From Tubulanus polymorphus (taxonomy: Eukaryota; Animalia; Nemertea), in assembly GCF_964204645.1 (NCBI RefSeq), contig NC_134029.1, positions 22,872,950 to 22,936,949 on the forward strand: a stretch of 64,000 bases of DNA, given 5' to 3'. Both the position numbers and the translations under genes were made by a program. The notes below the pieces were generated by a model that made no database searches, was not told where the DNA came from, and was given only the letters and a program-made list of their open reading frames with translations. Shown here in pieces: positions 28,317 through 40,406 of the stretch (position 1 is its first letter; every line of letters starts with the position of its first letter).

Positions 28317-31300
28317 CAAGTTAGTTTAAGACTTCCCATCATGTAATGTATATACGTATACATATATACCATACAGACAGTTTAAGAGCCGATCTCCTTG
28401 ACAGTTTCTGAAAAACATCCGTTGGAACCGTTTGAATAAATTCCTCAATGATGCCCTCTTACACGCGATGTCGGACGTGTCAAAACGACTATTCTTCGAA
28501 ACATCAGATGAAACGAAGGATATGAATTCGCATAAAACCGATATCTTGAACTGCTTATTACAAAATGTATTCGACGATTTTGTTTTTATATGTCAGTGGA
28601 GACTTCATCTCCACAGTTATCTATAATGATACGACTTTTTTGTTCGTAGATAGACTGTTGCCTCCGCATCACTATAGTCGCCCAGCATAACAATCGGCAA
28701 TTACCGGTATTCCGTCATCAGAGTTAACTTTTTGAAATAAAAACATACCAAAGGCATTTTGAAATGATCTCGACATTTCACTACCGGATTTCTAGGAGAC
28801 GTTTTCTATCGGCAGTTGATGGCGTCCTCGATATAGATGTAGCCTCACAATGAGGAAGTCTTTATTCTGAACGGTTCGTCGCTGAAACGTGTAGAGTTTC
28901 GAACTCGTACGTAGAATTTCAAGAGCTCTCAACATCGGAGCCGACATCCATCGTAGTTCCCCTGAGGCGAATTGCAATTCAGTTCAAATTATACCGTTCA
29001 GCGTCGGAGAAAAATCGTCGCCACCCGTCAAGTGGCCAATCGTTTCACAGCACAATACGATTTCGTGTCGGCACCGATTACTGCGCTGTGGATGGAAATC
29101 TTTAAATTTTCGTAGTCTACAAAGACGCGTGAAAGTCGGCGATTTTTCATTCGCGTCACCTAACTTGCTTACCTTATACATCGACTTTCTCTTGCGACAA
29201 TAATCATCTTCGCTGTCTTCTCAATCTGCCAACAAATTACATTTGTCATCACTACGCAGCTAACCTCCACCGCTATAATATGGACGTAATCAAATTCCTC
29301 ATCTGTACGGCTTTGATTTTTGCATCTATAAGCGCGCCCGCGTGTAGTCATAATATAGCACGCTCTGTTGCAACGTTATCAGAAACCGAATTGTACTCTG
29401 GTATATCTTCATCAGGAGCTGAGATAATAATGTAAGTAAACGCTCAAGTAGGTAGCCGACAAGAAGGTTTCGCTCGAATGCTGTTACGGGTACTGTGCGA
29501 CAAATTATTCGAATTCGATTTGATACGTACTTCACTGGGTTCTGATGTTGTTGACCTGCAATAATATGGCCAAAAGCGCTGACCCAACCGGCTTTAGCGA
29601 TGAAATACGGACTGTTTTTATATTTTGGACACGTCTTCATAATCATGCCCATAAGGTATATAATTGTCGGACGTAAATCAATATTACGTAGCTTACAATT
29701 TTGCGGAAGATATCTCTATTTTTAAGCGTTAGTCGTTAGCCCGCGAAATTTGCAACCAATCAGTGACCTCGAAGGAGTTGAATGGAAAAATACGGTCGAT
29801 ATCCCGCGAAAAAAATTGCGAGCCAATCAGCGAAGAATACGAATCCAGCCAATCGGTAGCACCGTTCGGTTCCAGGTTTTTCGGAGACCGAAGAACGACA
29901 AGCTGGTGCCAAAATAGTCCGCACTAACGCGACTACATTATATATTGATAATCTATTACCAATAGGAAAGACTTGTTAATACAGCAATAACAAGGAAATT
30001 GATTGCTATCATTAGTGGCCTTGATCGATTATTCAACCCAAGTTTGGCACGTCATTAAAGCGCCGAAGAACTTTTTCTCGGCATTAGTAAACTAATTTGC
30101 TATCTAAAATTAAGAGGATATACTTTCTATAAGAGAAGGTAATCTGTAGCCTGACATCCATTTGATAAACTACGATGCATCGTAGCTTAACCGTCAATAA
30201 GTTTCGTTGTGTTGACATATCGGATAATTCTCGAAGACGCGGTGTGAAAATTTCATCAGAATTCTTATATCGTATTATCTCTAATAGTCACGTTTTTAAT
30301 ATTTCAACGCTAAAAAATTACCTTTTCAAACAAGTCAATTACCGCGACACAACATTCGTCCGATCGGGCCATTTGCATATTCATAGATCGCGTGCGGCTT
30401 GCGAAAATGCGGTTAAGATAACGTTCATTAATCCGCGAGACGCAACAAGCAGCGGGACCTTCGTGTCATCGCCTGATGATTGATGGTACGGTAGTTACGA
30501 TACGTGGCTTAAACTGGCGTCGTTTGAAATATCACCGCGTGGATTAAACCCTAGATTATAAGACCAGAATTTACTACGCAGATTTTACTAGTAATACGTT
30601 AAGATAACGTCAAAGTCTGGGCTCATTTTACAAGTTCGATTTGCTTCAAAGTTCATAAAATCCGAAATTTGTACGCGAAAAAAAACCTTGGCCTTTGATA
30701 TCAGACTTCTCTCGTTCAGCGCCAGTTTGCCACCAATCTCATGATACGTATCGATTTCCATTACGGGGCTTTTCGCCGGGATTTCGTTATCTAAGTATGA
30801 TTTTAGCACATTGTGATTACTCTTTTTTTCCGGCGAGGATGTCAGAATTGCTCGGTATATGTATAATGTACAACAACGACGACGGCAAACAACTCAAACC
30901 GTCCGACGAATAATACACGTTCAGACTGATTAGAAAAGTTCTTTTCGTTGCTAACATAATTGATCCCCGAACAGTAATTGTAGACAAACATATCTAAGCA
31001 CTCCGGTTTCGTCCGCCACTTTTCTTATCGGGATTGGTAATGAATCTTCGGCTTTGAAGCGATACAAAAGAAGAACTGAACGAGTAGGCCGCAGGAAAAT
31101 TAGTATATTGTACCGCCGATACAGTTAACAATGGAAAAAAACTTTTCGTGTGACTGATTTGAAAAGTTGTTCGCTGTTTAGCTGTTGTTAAAATGTATGC
31201 GACAAAGAAACTATTTTTCGTGGAGTCCTGAACGAAACAAATGATTAGCCAGGAGACGTCGTGATAACCGGAAATTCCGCTGTAATTACAGTTACAAAAT

Positions 31301-34300
31301 GGCGGATCGACGGGGAAATAACAAGAACTCTCGTTGTCGCTAAATAGAATTCACAATTTGATTAAATTAAATCCATTCTACGCACAATACACGCAATTAT
31401 TTCACTCTTAAGTTTTCCCATAAAAATGTTCGATCTTTGTAAAGCGGAAGTGTTGACAACAGACAGCTTTACACGATGCTACTTCCGGTACAATGCACGC
31501 AAATCATACACTCGACGTGTTGCGATCAATTAGTCTTTATTCGACGAAAATCTTCTTATTAAAATTTTCTCGTGAGTAAATTGAATGATCGGCCTTTTTT
31601 CGATAGCGAATTATCTGTTGTGATTGACGCGAATTCTAACGGCATAGCAGCGGCGGATTAAACGACGACGTTCAAAGCGATCTTAGGATATCGTGAATCG
31701 AAAATGAGAATTTTCATCAAGGATATTCGCGTAAAACTCATTGAAATTCATTTTTCATCGACGTATCCTTTTAAAGAAAATATTTAAAAAGTTTTCGTCG
31801 ACTGTGCAAAGTTTATTTACTTAATGTACGTTTAGTTCGCGAGGAAGAAAATGAGATGATACAAAGACGAATATCGATCGAGATTCAGTAATACGAGAGA
31901 GAATGTTGAACGTCAAATTTAAATAAATAAATATTCTACCGAAACGATGAAGAACGATGAGTGGAAAGAGAGACAGAAAAACGACAGGCTAAAGAAACTA
32001 ATGAGAGAGTTGCGACTCGATTGCAATGAAAAGAATAAAGATTGGCGACCGTGGCAAGAAATGCGATTAATTATGAGATAGTAAGACCGACTTGCGCACG
32101 ACGCTTTAGAAACGCTCTTTCATATTCACCAACATTAATTCAATCAGGGATAGGATAAGTTCTCGAAACGGCTTTGAATCTCGGCGTACGCTCAATTACT
32201 CTGGCATTTCCAGGTTTGCCTGGTGAATGCGATTAACTACAATTTACTCATCCGTGATTTCCTTTCGTCGGATTCTGGTACCACAAAGAGGCAAGAAGGC
32301 ATTACGGAGTCCACCGCGGTACGTAGCTTTACGCTATTTTAAATGGATCAAACAAATGGTCGCAGGACTGAAAAAATATTGCGCGTAACTCCATGCACAT
32401 GTAAATTTCTTTACTTTGTAGTGAAAAAACTAATTACATTAGGCTTTAACGTCTGCATTATTCCAGTGTTCTTGGAGTTCTGTGGAATTAATTACAAGTA
32501 GATCTTTATTGCGGCGATTTTTAACACGAGGTTTTTGTCCTGGCAAGTCGAGATCATTCCAAGGTCTATGGTAGATGGATGTTCGTGAATATCGGTCAGA
32601 GTCACTCAGCACCTGATCAGTCCACGCGGATAGAAACATCGCTGAAAATCTCATCGAAACCCCTCTTAGCCGTTGTTATTGTTAATTCAAAGCCGATATT
32701 CCTATCAGGCGTAATACGAAAAAAATACCGTCGTCTCAAAGTGCACTGCAATATACATCACTTTGCCAGTAATGATGCCTTCCCGACTTTCCGTAATATT
32801 TGTCATTAGTTCGTGCCATATCGGGAAAAAAACTGTGCGCGATGATATCATGCCCGTGGCTAATTTATCATCTGAATCAGTGATGTCCTCCTGTCTTATT
32901 TTTCTCTCTTTTCCGCAGAAGTAATAATGAAAAGTCCAAGTAATCATCCCTATCACCAATGTAGTCATCCGACATTTTGTTTGTCATCGGAATTATTTGC
33001 AATTTCATGCGTTCTCCTAAACCACGCAGTAATGGTAACAACTAACCCCGCTGTTTTTCGTAAGACGCCATTCAACTAAAAAATAGAGAAAAAGTTGGCA
33101 GAACTTTGTCCGTGTCTGGGGCAGGTCTAGGGAAATTGGAAGGCCGGGGTCTAGAAGAGAAGAAATTGCATATCTCGGATAAAGCAGCCGTGTCAAAGGC
33201 ACTAGCAGGGTCCCATCCCTTGCGTGTAAGATATCATTTAAAGAAACATATCATAAAATATACATATTTAGTTAATATAGTCAACCGAAGTGCAAGGGAA
33301 GAAGGAATTTCATTGCGGGAACTTTTAGGAACTATTCTGCAGAAATTGCAATAACAATAAAAAAAGGCCTATCAACATAATGCAATCCATCATCGAGCAA
33401 CTTTTAATTATTCTGACGTGTTATTAGCAGTGATTGAGCAATCGCGTGGTAATTGCTGGAGATACCATCACATAATTTCACTGACCCGTTCCATCACCTT
33501 CCATCGATATGTTTTTTTTTCAGCCAGCAGATTTGATGTTCCACCGACCGACCGGCCAACACGTGCAAAAAGATTGAACTTATTTGACTCGGCGATTCTT
33601 CTATTCTGAACCGCATCTAGGCTCATCGGCGTGTAACCGGAGTCTCACAGCAAACCACTCCATCGATAGCGGGCTAGTGGTGTTCGGTACTCGTTTAAGA
33701 TTCAAGCCGCACATATCGTATAACGTAACTTCTCCGACTCTTTATTATACTATCTACCTGAATTGTGTAGAAATGGTTTCACGAATTACTCCATTATCGG
33801 CAGAAACAGCGAAGCCTGTAATTCTCAATTCGCAGTGGTAATTACCGAGCCTATACTGAATACCGACTTCTCGAGACTAAACAGATAAATTCGCTTTGGA
33901 AATCTTATTATCTTTTTCAGGGCCGAATCATAAAATCCGATTTGTAGCGCTTCACTTTACTTGTATCGGCATGTTTTATAGCGATTTCATTATTTGTTTG
34001 TTATCTCTGATTATATGAATAAAACATCGTCGTAAAAATGATGGTTTTTATCGCTGAAAATAAAAAGCTCTGATTTCTACCGACGAGTGTCCTTGAACTA
34101 CAGAGAGCGTTACCTTTTGTACATTAAACCCACTCCTTCGTCGTACAAATAGAATTACTCCTAATGTCATCATCACACAGTGTGATGGCGACCACCACTC
34201 TAGTACTAGAGCTAAAGATAAAAGCTCAAGTGATTCCCGCCGTCCACTATGGACGCATTACTTTTAACGGGTATCCGTTCATCCTGGCATCACTGGTTCA

Positions 34301-36065
34301 TTCTTATCTTGTCAAATATACAAATGAACGAAAATTGATGGAGCGTTTCCCGGATTTCGTGTTGTACGCACCGACTCGGTGAGAATGATCAACGATCGAC
34401 GCTTTCAGGAGAGAGAAAAAAACTTGCCACGTAATAGATGTGTGTGGACGGCCACGAAAACATCCTCCAGATGTGACCGCTCCATTTTGATGGAGAGAAC
34501 GCCATGAAAAAGATAATCGATGGTCCCGCTGGTCCTCCACTGTCGGCTGGTATAGTCTCCTGTTTATTCTCAGACGATCTCTTTCGGGTATAACGAGTTT
34601 TGCAGTACGAGGAAAGTTAACGAAAAGCCTGTGGTAAACGTCTGATCTATTATGTCGGATATCGTACTAAGCTTATTCAGACTTATCTGTGAATAAATGT
34701 GTTTTCTAATGACACAATGTATCAATAGCCAAAAGAAATTACTGGTTTTCATTTGTGCGTTGACAAATGTGATGGACGCCAGCATTCTCCGAATTGCCAA
34801 ATCTCCCATCGGGGACATTGACCAATGTACGCATTGACATATTCGATGAATAATATAATTGGTATGAAGCATCGCTGATAAGCAGTCCTAATCTGTAAGA
34901 ACAGGAATTATACGCAATAGCGATTGCCATATCTGAATCGAGCTACGCCGAGAACTTGCGTATCTACCCAAAATCAAAATAGGGATCATTTACCAAAGTA
35001 TAGATTGAAACGTAAGCTAGTTATTGTGTCCAGATTCGCAATTCATTTCTACTGGTGACAGTTAATCAACTGTAGGCCGTGATTTAGGTGTATTTGATTG
35101 GTGATCGTTCGTGGACCGATTGAATTGGTCATTAATGCTATAACAAGAACCATTCGATCGCAATCAACACTAGAAGATGAGAGGTTGCGTTTCGAGTTAT
35201 ATATCAGGTAGGTAAATACCGTACTTAGCGCTTATGATCGGTTATCAGGGCAGAAATACTCTCTACCTGCGCAGGTAAACGACCGAAGCAACCCTTAATT
35301 ATCGGTAACGTCTAGTAAGAAAAAATTGAATCATTCTTGATCAATTGATCCGATTTTTTTAAGATTGCGTTACGAAGTTGCAAATTAGGCCACGTTTCGC
35401 TTTATCCAATGCACTTATTAACCATGACTCGGGGTGCACGCAAGGATTATAGATATTTCCTTCTTTTCAAGATTTTAGGAACTATGAAAAAATTGTAATA
35501 ATTTGCAAAACATATGCCGTTAAAAATATTTTTGTGTAATTAATTGTAACTATCGAGCATAGAAGGATGTCTCATAGACGTTTCTATTGTGGCATTGACT
35601 CTACTAGGAAAAAAATAAGTGAAAAACTGCCAGAGAAAAGAACATTGGGCCTCTACGGAAAGATACGTGGTAAGCACAATGAATGCACAACTATAAATTA
35701 CATTTGAATTAGAATCAGAAGTTTTTAGGTGGATATTTACAATAAAAATCTTATGGAGATAAACAAATTCCCGCAAACCTGGATGTTACACGTGATTTGA
35801 TAGGTGTTTGTCGATACTTAATACGTCAAATATTTGCTGTCAAGATTTTGATTCAAAGTCGTTTTTTGTCAGTAAGTGGTCGAAAAATCCTTCACAAATA
35901 TCGTAATCGTAATCAATTTATTCGAACGAATGTTAGAAAATATAAATCATGTTGTTAGTCTTTCATAAAAGGCACCGAATGAGTGATTTCCGCAGAAAAT
36001 TCTAGAGGATAGTCTGTATAATTTACGCTTAGATCGCGTTGTATTCAATTTCAGACGGATCAGAA

Positions 36066-36180
36066 ATGGAAACTGATGAAACCTCCACCGCGAGTGATGT
36101 ATCACAGGCATCTGTAGGGAAATTATCCAGTTTAGCTTTACGCCTGGCGAAAGAGGCAATAAATGAGGAGAATTTTGAAG
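36066..36180 (+). CDS. SUGT1: SGT1 homolog, coding exon 1 (METDETST...EAINEENFE)
   Basis: Acceptor tttcag at 36054, ATG at 36066, donor AAG|gtaata (phase 1). The acceptor implies an upstream non-coding exon; a candidate donor gtaagt lies at 35871. Confidence 0.75.
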
Positions 36181-36250
36181 GTAATATCTTTTTTAAGGCA
36201 TTGGCTTTTTACCCTAACCTAACAACTCCAGTGATATTGAAATGAATAAG

Positions 36251-36455
36251 CGGTGCGATTCAAGAATAGGGGACTATAGCAATATATATGTAGTGATAGT
36301 AATCAATTAAGTAATAATATTAGTAATTGATAATGATGATATATAATGATAGTAATGTATATAGTAATTAATGATGATTAGGGAACTAAACCTAAACCTA
36401 ACCCTAATCCTAACCCTTATCCTAACCACTAGTCCCCTATTCTTGAATCTTACCC
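36251..36455. mobile_element. MITE inside the first coding intron of SUGT1
   Basis: Perfect 20-bp inverted repeats gattcaagaataggggacta / tagtcccctattcttgaatc enclosing (taa/tga)n and degenerate (ccctaa)n repeats. Confidence 0.7.
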
Positions 36456-36536
36456 TACTATATATATTTCATATCATAATTAGGATCAATTATTATGTGA
36501 AGGACCCTAAGTTTTATTTGATTTTGATTTTTTCAG

Positions 36537-36609
36537 AGGGTTTGAAATTACTGGATGGGGTTTTAGAAGGTGGAGATACGATGAATGCTGAAGTACTCGA
36601 GTTAAAAGG
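36537..36609 (+). CDS. SUGT1: SGT1 coding exon 2 (EGLKLLDGVLEGGDTMNAEVLELKG, TPR region)
   Basis: tttttcag acceptor; GG|gttggt donor, phase 2, compatible with exon 3. Confidence 0.75.
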
Positions 36610-36699
36610 GTTGGTAAAATTTGTACTCATTTCTGAACGCCCTGTTAACGGTTATGTTGAATTAATTTCTATTTCTATTTTGGTTCACTCAATTTCTAG

Positions 36700-36770
36700 A
36701 ATAGCAAGTTTTAACTTGGATCAGTTCGAAGCTGCAAAAGAAGCATTTTCAGAATCCCTGACACTTTTAG
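36700..36770 (+). CDS. SUGT1: SGT1 coding exon 3 (IASFNLDQFEAAKEAFSESLTLL, TPR)
   Basis: ttctag acceptor, G|gtaaag donor; KG-I-A-x-F-x-L-x-x-F-x-x-A TPR pattern of Sgt1. Confidence 0.88.
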
Positions 36771-37202
36771 GTAAAGTTAAAATAATAATATTTAATAATA
36801 ATGATAATAGATTATTTAGCCTAAAATCCACATAAAATATGCTCAGTGGCTTTACATCATATATAAAAAGAGAACATAAAACAGAGAAAATTGGGGAGTT
36901 TATGAGAAATCAAGTAATGAGAAATTTTACCATGTACACTAGACTCTAATTGTCTCAGATCTGGCTGGACCAATTAATTCTGCAGACAGAATAGGGGCGA
37001 GTCATTATCACGATGATTTGTAGGAAGAAAGTTTGTTGGCGGAGTGTATTGTCAGGCGAGGAACTCAATAGACCAGCCTACACGGAGTCTCTGCATTAAG
37101 ACTAACACCTTAGACTGGGAAAATTTTGACCTTCAAATTCTGTAGTGTTTCACCTGTTATGCGCAGGCGAGGTACCATAAATTCTCAATTTCTACGTTTC
37201 AG

Positions 37203-37259
37203 GGCGTGATGAACCAAGAATTCAAACTTGGATTCGAAAGTGTGATGCTGAGCTTGATT
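37203..37259 (+). CDS. SUGT1: SGT1 coding exon 4 (GRDEPRIQTWIRKCDAELD)
   Basis: tttcag acceptor, gtaagt donor; WIRKC capping-helix motif of Sgt1. Confidence 0.92.
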
Positions 37260-37337
37260 GTAAGTAGAACATGCATCCATGAATTGTTTTAGTAATGAAT
37301 GGAATGAAATTTTAGTTGTGACTTTCAATATTTTCAG

Positions 37338-37437
37338 TATCGAAGAAGAAGGCATCGGGAGACCAGTCACCTAATGTTGGCATATCTTCTGAAAATGGTA
37401 GCGAGCCATCACTAGCACCACCAACTCCAAAAATCAA
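37338..37437 (+). CDS. SUGT1: SGT1 coding exon 5 (variable linker, ...PSLAPPTPKIK)
   Basis: ttttcag acceptor, gtaaat donor; open frame, phase 1 to 2. Confidence 0.88.
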
Positions 37438-37591
37438 GTAAATTAAAAACCAAGTATTGAATATTGAAATAATCAGGTTTTCAAGTAGTGGATATGGTGT
37501 CCCTGGGCACCTAGTTTTTTTTTTCAGATTCCAAATGTTTATAAGTTGAAATATTGATAAATGAAGGCTGTCTCTTATATTCCTCCGGTAG

Positions 37592-37688
37592 GTATGACTG
37601 GTATCAAACCGAATCGCATGTTGTTGTTACCATAATGCAGAAAAACCTGAAAAAAGAAGATTGCGAAATCAACATCGAAGCTAAATCT
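37592..37688 (+). CDS. SUGT1: SGT1 coding exon 6 (CS domain, YDWYQTESHVVVTIMQKN...)
   Basis: Hallmark KYDWYQTES CS-domain start; ag acceptor and gtaagt donor. Confidence 0.96.
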
Positions 37689-37844
37689 GTAAGTTAAACT
37701 AACTTGAATTAATAAAAAATGCTAGAATGATAAAATTTTATGCTTTGAATGAAAAAAATCAGGAGATTTCTAAGAGAATTTCTTTTGGTTTTACCACTGT
37801 TTTGAGTTGATTCGTGTAAATGAACTTCGATTAATGTATTGTAG

Positions 37845-37949
37845 GTTGATGCTACTCTGAAATTACCTACCGGTGATATCAATCTGAATTTACAACTAGC
37901 CCATCAAATCGTACCTACACAGAGCTTATATAAAATCCTATCTACGAAG
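37845..37949 (+). CDS. SUGT1: SGT1 coding exon 7 (VDATLKLPTG...LAHQIVPTQSLYKILSTK)
   Basis: CS-domain LAH-x-I-x-P-x-x-S...LSTK motif; tgtag acceptor, gtatat donor, phase 0. Confidence 0.95.
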
Positions 37950-38031
37950 GTATATAATACACACGCATATTTTGTTGCCAGTGCTGCCGTCTAGAGTTCC
38001 TAATCGAAACTATACTGTTTTTTTTTTTCAG

Positions 38032-38116
38032 GTTGAAATTAAATTAAAGAAAGAAGAAGGAATTAGATGGAACAAGTTGGAAGGCGAAGATTTATTATGT
38101 GCAAAAGTCGCATCAG
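38032..38116 (+). CDS. SUGT1: SGT1 coding exon 8 (VEIKLKKEEGIRWNKLEG...)
   Basis: EIKLKK...RW-x-KLEG CS-domain end; poly-T cag acceptor and G|gtgcag donor. Confidence 0.93.
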
Positions 38117-38535
38117 GTGCAGAATTCTAGAAATTCCTTTTACTTATTTGAAAAATTAGAACAAGAGGTAGAACGAAACATGGTTGAATCAGGACTCGAT
38201 TTTGGTAGTATCGAGGTATTCTGAGGGTACTGGAATTCTTTTTGGGAATACTAAGAATTGATATGGGTGTAATGGCAGGGTGCAAGAAATTTCTTATTTT
38301 ACTAAGAGAAGATATTTCATTTAATTCTTTCCTTTGATAAGAAACTTAAAGGCATATCGGGATACCACGGGACAAATAGAGGATCTTGTATCCCGAGAAG
38401 ATGCTCGATCTAGAATTTCATGAATCTATCTTTGTAAATGTATCCAAATTTAAACTATGTTTTCTGTAATAATCATTAGACTAAAAATTAATGAAGGGAA
38501 TCACAAAAAAGAGAGATTGCTTTATTATTTTCCAG

Positions 38536-38732
38536 TTACGCCCGTCGATCCCAACGCGCAGAGTTACCCTACCTCAAGTAAGAAACCGCACGACTGGGAC
38601 AAGCTAGCTTGCGACATAAAAAAGGAGGAAGAAAAAGAAGAGCCCGAAGGCGATGCCGCTTTAAATAAACTCTTCCAGAAAATCTACGCCGATGGATCTG
38701 AGGAAACTAAACGTGCTATGATGAAGTCATTC
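38536..38732 (+). CDS. SUGT1: SGT1 coding exon 9 (SGS domain, [14 protein letters not shown]...[28 protein letters not shown])
   Basis: Diagnostic SGS-domain sequence; ttccag acceptor, gtaagt donor. Confidence 0.98.
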
Positions 38733-38922
38733 GTAAGTGATCTTCATAATTCTGTTTTTCTACATGTTTTAACATTTTCTACATTTCCTCGTAATTATTT
38801 TGTCTCAGATCATCCTTTAATGCACGGTGAATTCGGCTCTTTGTATTAGTCACTGCGGAGAATAATCTTTTAAAAACCTCCTTTGATCTTCGACTGCGTT
38901 TGAAATCTTTCTCTTGTTTTAG

Positions 38923-39024
38923 GTAGACCTGATTTCCGTCATTTTTATCTCGTTCGTAATATTTGTATTACGGAATTTTTATCGGTGGCAAAAAAAACTA
39001 TTTTTCGCGGAATACACATCTTGA
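38923..39024 (+). CDS. Candidate alternative terminal exon of SUGT1 (VDLISVIFISFVIFVLRNFYRWQKKLFFAEYTS*)
   Basis: Strong pyrimidine-rich acceptor tctttctcttgttttag|G, open in the phase-0 frame of exon 9; AATAAA at 39412. No transcript evidence. Confidence 0.25.
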   Translation, partial: VDLISVIFISFVIFVLRNFYRWQKKLFFAEYTS

Positions 39025-40298
39025 GCTTTGACTGAAAAACTCGATCGTGTGATTGTGATAACATTGTTTTATTTTGAAAAGTGTGTTGGTGTTGGTTTCG
39101 GGGGAGCGTATACGAATTGATGTTTGAATAGTTTTACATAAAGCATTGTATTTTATTCTTAGCTGTAGGAGCTCAGAAGTTGTGGCTACGTGATTCGCTT
39201 GTAGCGTTCCTCCTCTTTCGAACGTCGCATCGACGAAGCAACTATTTCAAATCATTACAAAAATTTTATCGGCAATTCGATAAACGATTAATTGTCGCGG
39301 CTTTATGAGGTTACCGAGGCACGCCTTGAAATCTATCTCTATTTTTCATTCATTAGCCGCAATATACACATCAAAGAAATAGATAACAAAGTTACACCCT
39401 ATATGTTACTAAATAAATACATATCCGATTCTCAAACTATACCTATTTGACGGTTGTTGTCAATGATGAATATTTTTGTACCGGTTGATTTTTATTTCGA
39501 GTTGTGTTCTTTGCACTTGAATGGAAGAACTAAACTCTAAACTGCTGTTTATCGCGCGTTTGACCCTACAGCGATTTAGCTCGCAGCGTTCGATTAAGAA
39601 ACAGGCTATTCATTCTGTCGACTAAAAATATCTGCAGTTAAAGATTGTGATAAATTCAAGCGCGATCGAATTGCGCGAGTTTGCAGCTATCGTGCACTCA
39701 GATTTAAGTGAACTTTGAATGTAACATCTTTAAGACGCTTAGATATTTGAAATGATGAAAGATTTGAAAACCAACGGCCCGAACTGTTGGGAAAAGACAA
39801 CACCTTACTACAGAAGTACTGTAGAAGTGCCACTAAATTCAAACAAGATCTTTCCAAAATATCTTTTGAAATTCACTGACTTGAGTGGTTAGTTGTCCAG
39901 TACTGACTAAGGCTGAAGATGAAAATTAGAATTAGAACTTGAGTGGTTAATGAAGTTGTTCAGTACTTGAGTAAAGCGGAGAGTTGTATAGAAAAGAAAC
40001 TAAAAAATTACAATGCACAGTTTGTCATAACGGGGTCTTATTTAAGTAATATCCAAATCAACAGTACATGTATTTGATAACTTTCCCAGAATTATATCTC
40101 GATTAGTTTTATCTCAATTCATTCTGATATCGAGTTCAACATTTTTACAACGGACACTATTTTGAAGTGCATGAAAGTGTCCTCATATGATTGATTATTC
40201 AAGCATATCATAATATTTATTCAATGTCAAAATTGTACAATGAGACTAACTTCTCAAGTAATGTATTCCTCTAATTTGAATTGATTCATGTTTTTCAG

Positions 40299-40406
40299 TC
40301 TGAGTCCGGGGGAACTGTGCTGAGCACAAACTGGAACGAGGTGGGTTCTAAAAAAGTCGATGTCAAACCACCTGATGGCATGGAATACAAGAAGTATGCA
40401 AATTGA
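40299..40406 (+). CDS. SUGT1: SGT1 final coding exon ([35 protein letters not shown])
   Basis: [11 protein letters not shown]...PPDGME SGS C-terminus; stop TGA at 40404-40406; candidate polyA signal ATTAAA at 40453. Confidence 0.98.
   Translation, partial: SESGGTVLSTNWNEVGSKKVDVKPPDGMEYKKYAN

Noticed and set aside
28432-33354. Several 60-108 aa ORFs (for example 28432-28626, 29326-29652, 32705-32968)
   Set aside because: No recognisable domain and no consistent splice-phase chain; lengths are within chance expectation.
36386-36426. Telomere-like (CCCTAA)n
   Set aside because: Short, degenerate and enclosed by MITE inverted repeats.
36371-36835. 154-aa single ORF treated as one exon
   Set aside because: The N-terminal part is MITE/intron sequence; only 36537-36609 and 36700-36770 match Sgt1.
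39752-39878. Possible C/D snoRNA (ATGATGA...CTGA) in the last SUGT1 intron
   Set aside because: No terminal stem or recognisable rRNA/snRNA guide; such boxes arise readily by chance.
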